Shown here: positions 25,396-32,314 of the stretch, one piece after another | Layout: every line of letters starts with the position of its first letter | Position numbering within the stretch: the first letter of the stretch is position 1 | NCBI GenBank assembly: GCA_027620595.1 | Contig: JAQCDI010000002.1 | Span: 1 to 32,314 of the forward strand | Reading direction: 5' to 3' | From: Bacteroidota bacterium | GTDB taxonomy: Bacteria > Bacteroidota > Rhodothermia > Rhodothermales > UBA10348 | Length of the DNA stretch: 32,314 nt | Position numbers and translations under genes: made by a program | The notes under the pieces: generated by a model | What the model was told of the DNA's origin: nothing | Seen by the model: the letters and a program-made list of their open reading frames with translations, nothing else | The model's database searches: none

Positions 25396-27459
25396 ATGCG
25401 CCGATTCCTGCCCGCCCTCCTGATCATTGCCGCCTGCTCCTCTCCCGATACCGTGTTCGAGGAAGGAGACTGGCCCGTTTACGGCGGTGACGCCAACAAC
25501 ACCCACTACGTGACGCTGGACCAGATCTCGCCCGAGAACGTCCACCAACTCGAAGTGGCCTGGACGTATGACACGGGCGACGCCTTCGAGGGATCGGAAA
25601 TGCAGAACAATCCGATCATCATCGACGGCATCATGTGGGCTACCACGCCAAAGATCAAGGTCATCAGTCTGAATGCCGCCACCGGTGAGCTGCGGTGGTC
25701 CTTCGACCCCAACGCGGGCAACGAGTCCTCTCCGCGCTTCCGTCACCGCGGCATTATCGTGACGCACGACCGGGTCATCTTCAACTACCGCAACCGGCTC
25801 TACGCGCTCAACAAGGACACGGGCGAGCCCTTCCCGGACTTCGGCACCAACGGCTGGGTGGACCTGCGCGAAGGCCTGGGACGGCCGGTCGAAAGCATTT
25901 CGGTCAGCGCTTCCTCTCCGGGCGTGGTCTTCGGGGACCTCTTGATCATGGGATCGTCCATGTCCGAGTCCCTGCCGAGCGCACCAGGGGACATTCGCGC
26001 CTACAACATCTACACTGGAGAACTGACTTGGAGCTTCCACACCATTCCGCATCCCGGCGAGTTCGGCTACGACACCTGGCCGCCGGACGCCTGGCAGGTG
26101 GCCGGCGGCGCCAATGCCTGGAGTGGCCTGAGCCTGGACCGTGAGCGGGGCATCGTGTTTGCAGCCACCGGTTCGCCCTCCTATGATTTCTACGGGGCGA
26201 ACCGCGTGGGAGACAACCTCTTCGGCAACTCGATCCTGGCGCTCGACGCCCGCACCGGGGAGCGGATCTGGCATTTCCAGGGCATCCGCCACGACCTCTG
26301 GGACCGCGACTTCCCGGCGCCGCCCGCACTGGTAACGGTCCAGCGGGATGGCAAGGCTGTCCCGGCCATCGCGCAGATCACCAAGACGGGCCATGTCTTT
26401 GTGCTGCACAGGGAAACGGGCGAACCGCTTTTCCCGATCGAGGAGGTTCCGATGCCGGGTCCGGTCCTGCCGGGCGAATGGACGGCGCCCACGCAGCCCT
26501 TCCCGGTGCGGCCGCCTCCGGTGGCGCGCCAGACCCTGACGCGCGACGAACTGACCACCCGCACACCGGAGGCGGCCGCGAGCGCCCTGGCCACCTTCGA
26601 GGCTTTCAGCGTGACGCATGCCTGGGACCCCCCGGACACGACAGGCATCATCCTCTACCCCGGCACCGACGGCGGCGGGGAGTGGGGCGGCCCGGCCTAT
26701 GACCCGGAGACAGGTCTGCTCTACATGAATTCCAACGAGCAGGGCTGGCTGCTCAAGCTCGTCAAGCCGAGTGACGAATCGCTCTACAATGCCCGCTGCG
26801 CCAGCTGCCACGGCGCCGATCGCGCAGGTACGGGTATGGGTCCCTCGCTGCTCGACATTGCGCAGCGCAGCAACCGGGAGAAAATCACTGATCAGATCCG
26901 CAACGGCTCGGGCACCATGCCTGCCTTCGCCACGATCATTAGCCGCCGCGAAATCGAGGACATCGTGACGTTCCTGGAAACAGGCATCGATGCATCGGCT
27001 GAGAAAGTGGGGTCGACCCCCTTCGACCTGCCCTACCGCACGTCCGTGATCGACATCTTCCAGGACCACGAGGGCTATCCGGGCAACATGACGCCCTGGG
27101 GAACGCTCAACGCCATCGATCTCAACGAAGGCACCATCCGTTGGAGCATCCCGTTCGGCTTCTATCCCGAGCTGGCCGAGCAGGGCCTCACGGATACCGG
27201 TACGGACAACTATGGCGGGGCCATTGTGACGAAGAACGGCCTCCTCATCATTGCCGCCACGACGTATGACAACCGCATCCGGGCCTATGACAAACTCACG
27301 GGCGAACTCCTTTGGGAGGCCGAATTGCCGGCTGCGGGCAATGCGACGCCGTCCACCTACATCGTCGGCGGTAAACAATACATCGTAATTGCAGCCGGGG
27401 GCGGCAAGAACGGCGCGCCGAGCGGCGGCACCTACGTGGCCTTTGCCCTACCGGACTGA
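25396..27459 (+). CDS. PQQ-dependent dehydrogenase (beta-propeller quinoprotein) with an inserted c-type cytochrome module; lipoprotein
   Basis: The start is taken at MRRFLPALLIIAACSS (lipobox). Supporting features are DWPVYGGDANNTHY, repeated TGE..W propeller motifs and the haem-binding CASCHG motif with GTMPAF downstream. More propeller blades follow the cytochrome segment. Confidence 0.85.
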   Translation: MRRFLPALLIIAACSSPDTVFEEGDWPVYGGDANNTHYVTLDQISPENVHQLEVAWTYDTGDAFEGSEMQNNPIIIDGIMWATTPKIKVISLNAATGELRWSFDPNAGNESSPRFRHRGIIVTHDRVIFNYRNRLYALNKDTGEPFPDFGTNGWVDLREGLGRPVESISVSASSPGVVFGDLLIMGSSMSESLPSAPGDIRAYNIYTGELTWSFHTIPHPGEFGYDTWPPDAWQVAGGANAWSGLSLDRERGIVFAATGSPSYDFYGANRVGDNLFGNSILALDARTGERIWHFQGIRHDLWDRDFPAPPALVTVQRDGKAVPAIAQITKTGHVFVLHRETGEPLFPIEEVPMPGPVLPGEWTAPTQPFPVRPPPVARQTLTRDELTTRTPEAAASALATFEAFSVTHAWDPPDTTGIILYPGTDGGGEWGGPAYDPETGLLYMNSNEQGWLLKLVKPSDESLYNARCASCHGADRAGTGMGPSLLDIAQRSNREKITDQIRNGSGTMPAFATIISRREIEDIVTFLETGIDASAEKVGSTPFDLPYRTSVIDIFQDHEGYPGNMTPWGTLNAIDLNEGTIRWSIPFGFYPELAEQGLTDTGTDNYGGAIVTKNGLLIIAATTYDNRIRAYDKLTGELLWEAELPAAGNATPSTYIVGGKQYIVIAAGGGKNGAPSGGTYVAFALPD

Positions 27460-28227
27460 GTCCATAGTCCAGGATACCTCGAAGCCCGTAGGTCCGAGGT
27501 TCGCCCGTACATCCTGCGCGAACCGCGGCAGGCGGCCCTGGTGCTTGCGGGCCAGCCAGTAACCCATGGATCCGCCCAGGAACGATCCGGCAATCACGTC
27601 CGTGACCCAATGCTGCTGGCGCTTGAGTCGGCTGATGGCCGTTCCGGTGGCCAGGACTCCCAGCCCGAAGGTCAGCGGGTTGGGATAATACACGATCCAG
27701 GGCATGACCAGGGCCCATGCCGTGGTGGCGTGTCCGGACGGGAAGGAGGTGTTGTTGTTGGAGAACGGGTGGAAGTCGAAGGCGCCTTTTTCCTGGTACG
27801 GTCGGCTGCGGCCCACCAGCACGCGCTTGGAAACGGAACCGATGGTGTAGGCATAGGCCACCGATTGCAGCGAGGTGAAAGAGGCGTCCTGAAGGCGGCG
27901 GCTGCGGGTGAGCAGCGTGGCTCCGAAGGTGCCCAGGGCCACATACTTGGCCTCGGGTCCGCCCAGGTAGTTGGCAAACTCCAGGAATTCGCCGCTGGGG
28001 GTCTCGGTGGTCCGTTGTTTCTCAAGGATGTCCTCGTCCGCCAGGCTCATCGGTATCAATACACCGACCGTCAGGCCCACCTTGAGGGCCCGTTCCCCTG
28101 ACCAGGATGTGGCCCAGTCCTTTGCATCGTGGATCGTCCAGTCCAGGAAGCGCCGGGGTCCGGGTTGGGCATGGGCCGCGGGCAGACAAAGACCGCAGAA
28201 TGCGAGGACGAGGAACAGTCGTTTCAT
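27448..28227 (-). CDS. PAP2-family phosphatase (phosphatidic acid phosphatase type 2 / haloperoxidase fold)
   Basis: The start is taken at MKRLFLVLAFCGLCLPAAHAQ. The PAP2 motifs are KRVLVGRSRP, PSGH and SRLKRQQHWVTDV. The 3' end overlaps the convergent PQQ gene by 12 nt. Confidence 0.85.
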   Translation of the reverse strand: MKRLFLVLAFCGLCLPAAHAQPGPRRFLDWTIHDAKDWATSWSGERALKVGLTVGVLIPMSLADEDILEKQRTTETPSGEFLEFANYLGGPEAKYVALGTFGATLLTRSRRLQDASFTSLQSVAYAYTIGSVSKRVLVGRSRPYQEKGAFDFHPFSNNNTSFPSGHATTAWALVMPWIVYYPNPLTFGLGVLATGTAISRLKRQQHWVTDVIAGSFLGGSMGYWLARKHQGRLPRFAQDVRANLGPTGFEVSWTMDSVR

Positions 28228-28265
28228 GCCACCAAAGATCGGGTGTCGCAGGGCAAGAATCCCGA

Positions 28266-29282
28266 TCAATTGCCGCGAGCACGCTCGTAGAGCTCCTTCA
28301 GGTCGTCCGAGCGTGCCGACAGGTCGGTCGGAAGCTGCTGAAAGGAGGTGTAGGCACCGGTCGAATCCGGGATGAGGCGCCAATGGAAAATGGGCGAACC
28401 GCTTTCCCGCAGCCAACTGTCGCTTCGGCCGAAACGGTAGTCGGCAAACGTCAGGCCAAGGGAATCCTCCTCGATGACGTACCAGCCTTTGCTGAACCAC
28501 AGCATGCGCGCAACGGCGCGGTCTTCGCGGTGCCCGTTCAGGAGATACGACTGTCTCGGGATGGCGGTGAACCGGCTGGGCGTCCGCGAATCAAGCACCG
28601 AATACAGACCTGCATGGAGGGTATCGCTCTCAAGCGCCAGACCCTGCCAAAGTACCGTGTTCAAGGGCGTGGGCGCCGTCATCACCCGTTCGGTCTGGAT
28701 ACCCCGTGAGGCCAGGCCCTGCTTGAAGGAGGAGTGCACAAACAGCTTGGCACTCATGCCCCAGGTCAGGTAAAGGGTGGAGAGGACCAGGCCAATGGCG
28801 TTTATCCGGAAGCGTTTGCGCGAACCCACCTTGGCCCGCAGGGCGAATAGGACACCCATCGCCAGCGGAAGGGTGTAGAGCGGGTCGATGATGAAGATGG
28901 AATCGATCCCGAATGGATGGCGGGAAAAGGGCCAGAAGATCTGGGTGCCGTAGACCGTGAGCAGGTCCACAAAGATGTGCGTGGCCCAGACCAGGAAGAC
29001 CATCAGGGTCCATTCCCCCCGCGTGGCCTTGTCCTTGATGTGCAGCCTCCGGAGCAGGAGGGCGATGATCGGCGAGACCAACAGGGCCACCACGAACGAA
29101 TGCGAAGCGGCGCGGTGGGCGGCCAGGGAATCCACGGGATCCAGGAACAGGTTGGCCACGATGTCCAGGTCCGGGAGTGTACCCAGGACGGCACCCCACA
29201 GGGCGCCCTTCCTGCCATTCTTGTGGCCGATCGTGGCTTCGCCGAAGGCAGCGCCCAGCGCAATCTGTGTCAGGGAATCCAT
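28266..29282 (-). CDS. Membrane-bound metal-dependent hydrolase (YdjM/YbcI, DUF457-like) with a ~150-aa C-terminal extension
   Basis: The N-terminus MDSLTQIALGAAFGEA..LGTLPDLD..HRAASHS, plus several transmembrane segments, fits my memory of the YdjM family. It lies 38 nt upstream of the PAP2 gene on the same strand. Confidence 0.65.
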   Translation of the reverse strand: MDSLTQIALGAAFGEATIGHKNGRKGALWGAVLGTLPDLDIVANLFLDPVDSLAAHRAASHSFVVALLVSPIIALLLRRLHIKDKATRGEWTLMVFLVWATHIFVDLLTVYGTQIFWPFSRHPFGIDSIFIIDPLYTLPLAMGVLFALRAKVGSRKRFRINAIGLVLSTLYLTWGMSAKLFVHSSFKQGLASRGIQTERVMTAPTPLNTVLWQGLALESDTLHAGLYSVLDSRTPSRFTAIPRQSYLLNGHREDRAVARMLWFSKGWYVIEEDSLGLTFADYRFGRSDSWLRESGSPIFHWRLIPDSTGAYTSFQQLPTDLSARSDDLKELYERARGN

Positions 29283-29532
29283 GGATCGGGAAAAAGGAAC
29301 AGCGAGCGGGGGCTCATGGGGAATCGGCGCTCTGGGTGATGGGATTAACCGGATGCGCAGGACGGGGCCAAAATCCGGTGTCGGATGGCATTGTGCAAGG
29401 GTAGAGGCCCCAACCTTGCACTGAAAGGTGAATACCGGCTCCTGGGAATGTTTAATAATTCACAATAGCGTCACTTTGATGCATAAGGAAGGCAATAGTA
29501 TCTTTAGACCTAAATAAATAAAGCCGCCCCTT

Positions 29533-30024
29533 ATGAGCCGGATTGACGAAATCGACGCACGAATCCTCGAGTTGCTGCAGGAGCGCGGGCGCATCAAGCG
29601 CAACGAGGTGGCCGAGGATGTGGGCCTGTCCCTCCCGTCGGTCAGCGAGCGCATGCGCAAACTGGAGCAGCGCGGTGTGATTGACGGCTACCACGCCGTG
29701 GTCAATGCCCGCCGCGTCGGATTCGACATCCTGGCCTTTATCCGCGTCATGGTGGACAGTTCCAAGCACTACGATGGCTTTGTGGAGCGCGCCTGCAAGC
29801 TGAGCGAAGTGCAGGAAGTCCACTCGATCACGGGCGATGGATCGCACATCCTTCGCGTGCTGATCCGCAATACGTCAGGACTCGAACAACTGCTGTCCAC
29901 CATCCAGTCCTGGCCGGGCGTCCACGGGACGTCCACGTCCATTGTCCTTTCGTCCTTCAAGGACACCCGGCACGTTCCGGTATCGCCCGTTGCGATTGCC
30001 GGTTCGCCCGAACCCGTTCTCTGA
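29533..30024 (+). CDS. Lrp/AsnC-family transcriptional regulator
   Basis: The HTH region is [50 protein letters not shown]. It is followed by an AsnC-type ligand domain ([21 protein letters not shown]). Confidence 0.9.
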   Translation: MSRIDEIDARILELLQERGRIKRNEVAEDVGLSLPSVSERMRKLEQRGVIDGYHAVVNARRVGFDILAFIRVMVDSSKHYDGFVERACKLSEVQEVHSITGDGSHILRVLIRNTSGLEQLLSTIQSWPGVHGTSTSIVLSSFKDTRHVPVSPVAIAGSPEPVL

Positions 30025-30062
30025 CCCCTTCCAAACGCCAACCGCACGATTCATCTCGCATC

Positions 30063-32240
30063 ATGAGCCGCCACGCATCGGATTCCAACCTCATCGCCGC
30101 CACCAAATTCACTTCCAACGGTTCCAAGATGGAGCCCATGGATATCGAGCGCATTTTCGGAGAGAATGCCTTCGGTATCGAGGAGATGAAGAACCGGCTC
30201 TCGCCGGCCACCTTCGAAAGCCTGATAGCCACCATCGACAAGGGCCAGCAGATCGACTCCGCGATTGCCGATGAAGTGGCCAAGGCCATGAAAGAATGGG
30301 CCGTGGAGCGGGGTGCGTCGCACTTCACGCACTGGTTCCAGCCGCTGACCGGCAGCACGGCCGAGAAGCACGACTCGTTCATCACGCCCAACAAAGGCGG
30401 AGGTGCCATTGCCAAGTTCTCCGGCAATGACCTGATCCAGGGCGAACCGGACGCTTCGTCGTTCCCGTCCGGCGGTCTGCGCGCCACGTTCGAAGCCCGC
30501 GGTTACACGGTCTGGGATCCGACGTCCCCTTCCTTCATCATCGAGAACAAGAGCGGTGCCTATCTGGCCATTCCGACCGCCTTCGCCTCCTGGTCGGGTG
30601 AAGCGCTCGATGCCAAGACCCCGCTCCTGCGCTCGATGCATGCCATCGACGATCAGGCCCGTCGCGCGCTCAAGCTTTTTGGACACGACGATGTCCACAA
30701 AGTGACATCAACCGTGGGTGTCGAGCAGGAATACTTCCTCATCGACGAGGAATACTACTACCGTCGTCCCGATCTCATGACGAGCGGTCGGACCCTCATC
30801 GGCGCCAAGCCGCCTCGCGGCCAGGAGCTGGATGACCACTACTTCGGCTCGATCCCGGATCGCGTCCTGAGCTGCATGATCGAAACCGAGAAAGAGCTCT
30901 ACCGCCTCGGCATTCCGGTCAAGACGCGCCACAACGAGGTGGCCCCCAGCCAGTACGAGATCGCTCCGATCTTCGAGAACACCAACGTGGCCTGTGACCA
31001 CCAGCAGCTGATCATGATCACGCTGCAGCGCGTAGCCCGCAACCACGGCATGGTCTGCCTGCTGCACGAGAAGCCGTTTGCCGGCATCAACGGTAGCGGA
31101 AAGCACAACAACTGGTCCATCGGAACGGACACCGGTATCAACCTGCTTGATCCGGGCGACAATCCGCACGACAACCTGCAGTTCCTCTACTTCTGCACGG
31201 CCGTCATCGCAGCCGTCTACAAGCACCAGGATCTGCTGCGTGTCTCGGTGGCTCATGCGGCCAACGACCACCGTCTCGGTGCCAACGAGGCCCCGCCGGC
31301 CATCATTTCGATCTTCCTGGGCGAGCAGCTCGAGGACGTCTTCAATCAGATCTCGTCTGGAACCGCCACAGAAAGCAAGCAGGGAGGTCTGTTGGGCCTC
31401 GGTACGCCGGTCCTTCCGCACCTGCCGCGGCACGCCGGAGACCGTAATCGGACCTCGCCGTTTGCCTTCACGGGTAACAAGTTCGAGTTCCGTGCCGTGG
31501 GCTCCAGCCAGTCGGTTTCCTTCCCGAACACGGTCCTGAACACCATCGTGGCCGAAGCGCTCGACGGCATGTCGGGTCGCCTGGAAGCCGCGCTGTCCGG
31601 AGGCGCTTCGCTGGAGGATGCCGTTGCCGGTGTCGTCCGCGAGACGATCAACGACTCCAAGGCCATCATCTTCGGTGGAGACAACTACTCCGAGGCATGG
31701 CACAAGGAAGCTGAGCGTCGCGGACTGCTGAACCTGCGCAACACGGTTGATGCCCTCGAGACGCTGATTTCCGAAAAGAACATCCGCCTCTTCGAATCCT
31801 ACGGCGTTCTTTCGGAAGCCGAGCTCCGCAGCCGCGAGGAAGTCTGGTTCGAACAGTACTTCACCAAGATCAACATCGAGGCAGAGACCACCGAGTCGAT
31901 TGCCCGCACGATGGTCATGCCGGCCGCCACGCGCTACCTCAAGACCCTCGTCGATACGATCGACCAGGGCAAGGAAGTCGGCGTGTCGGTCCGGGGCGTG
32001 AAGGAAACCGCCGTACACTTGGCCGCCTACGTCGATGAGCTCCAGGACTCCCTGACGGAACTGATCGATGCCAACAAGGAGCTCGGTGGCGACAGCGTCC
32101 ATCAGAAAGTTCACCACATGGTGAAAAACGTGATCCCGTCCATGAACAAGGTGCGCCACGCCTGCGACCGTCTCGAGCGGATCACGGCCGGCGACCTGTG
32201 GCCGGTCCCGACCTACCGCGACATGCTGTTCGTCAAGTAA
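30063..32240 (+). CDS. glnN: Glutamine synthetase type III
   Basis: 725 aa. The GSIII-typical N-terminus reads [43 protein letters not shown]. The catalytic region carries [45 protein letters not shown] and [16 protein letters not shown]. Confidence 0.93.
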   Translation: MSRHASDSNLIAATKFTSNGSKMEPMDIERIFGENAFGIEEMKNRLSPATFESLIATIDKGQQIDSAIADEVAKAMKEWAVERGASHFTHWFQPLTGSTAEKHDSFITPNKGGGAIAKFSGNDLIQGEPDASSFPSGGLRATFEARGYTVWDPTSPSFIIENKSGAYLAIPTAFASWSGEALDAKTPLLRSMHAIDDQARRALKLFGHDDVHKVTSTVGVEQEYFLIDEEYYYRRPDLMTSGRTLIGAKPPRGQELDDHYFGSIPDRVLSCMIETEKELYRLGIPVKTRHNEVAPSQYEIAPIFENTNVACDHQQLIMITLQRVARNHGMVCLLHEKPFAGINGSGKHNNWSIGTDTGINLLDPGDNPHDNLQFLYFCTAVIAAVYKHQDLLRVSVAHAANDHRLGANEAPPAIISIFLGEQLEDVFNQISSGTATESKQGGLLGLGTPVLPHLPRHAGDRNRTSPFAFTGNKFEFRAVGSSQSVSFPNTVLNTIVAEALDGMSGRLEAALSGGASLEDAVAGVVRETINDSKAIIFGGDNYSEAWHKEAERRGLLNLRNTVDALETLISEKNIRLFESYGVLSEAELRSREEVWFEQYFTKINIEAETTESIARTMVMPAATRYLKTLVDTIDQGKEVGVSVRGVKETAVHLAAYVDELQDSLTELIDANKELGGDSVHQKVHHMVKNVIPSMNKVRHACDRLERITAGDLWPVPTYRDMLFVK

Positions 32241-32314
32241 CGGGCGAACCCCAGATCGCGGACCTGCGCATCCCGGAACCGGATGTGGCAGAACGGATTA
32301 AGATGCGGGCGCGG

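Noticed and set aside
27448-27459. 12-nt overlap of the convergent PQQ dehydrogenase and PAP2 genes
   Set aside because: It most likely reflects a non-conserved C-terminal tail on the PAP2 ORF, not a functional antisense arrangement. It is noted only because a CGGGCGAACC copy lies in that tail.

Overview
This is a high-GC (roughly 60-65% by eye) chromosomal segment that looks like core genome of an FCB-group bacterium. My guess is Rhodothermota/Bacteroidota-like, because it has a T9SS C-terminal sorting domain, a type III glutamine synthetase and TolB-like propeller fusions. I could support about 23 genes and saw no CRISPR array, transposase, integrase, phage gene or recognisable defence module.

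Gene order:
- fadD-like acyl-CoA ligase (-, truncated at the window edge)
- marR-type regulator and a yceI gene broken by an in-frame TAA (+)
- pyrD (-)
- phzF-family isomerase (+)
- a 1036-aa outer-membrane protein combining an HExxH domain, a PD40 propeller and an Omp85 barrel (-)
- mrdA-rodA (+)
- a frameshifted sdaA (-)
- a T9SS-sorted HExxH protein (-)
- LytS-type kinase plus LytTR regulator (+)
- fasciclin protein and an SRPBCC protein (+)
- an 803-aa orphan lipoprotein (-)
- an acetyl-CoA hydrolase/transferase fused to a Pat-like GNAT (+)
- a Ser/Thr kinase with a PD40 propeller (-)
- tRNA with anticodon CAT (-)
- a PQQ dehydrogenase with an inserted cytochrome c module (+)
- a YdjM-like hydrolase and a PAP2 phosphatase (-)
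- lrp/asnC and glnN (GSIII) (+)

The signals most worth follow-up are regulatory and architectural, not a new multi-gene system:
- exact AlgR-type CCGTTCGTC boxes flanking the LytS/LytTR operon
- a triple GTGTT-N2-AACAC operator around marR-yceI
- a 10-mer, CGGGCGAACC, present 11 times and concentrated at gene junctions
- the unusual Omp85 fusion and the CoA-transferase-GNAT fusion
- two inactivating lesions (yceI and sdaA)

All homology calls come from motifs I recognise by eye; no database search was run.
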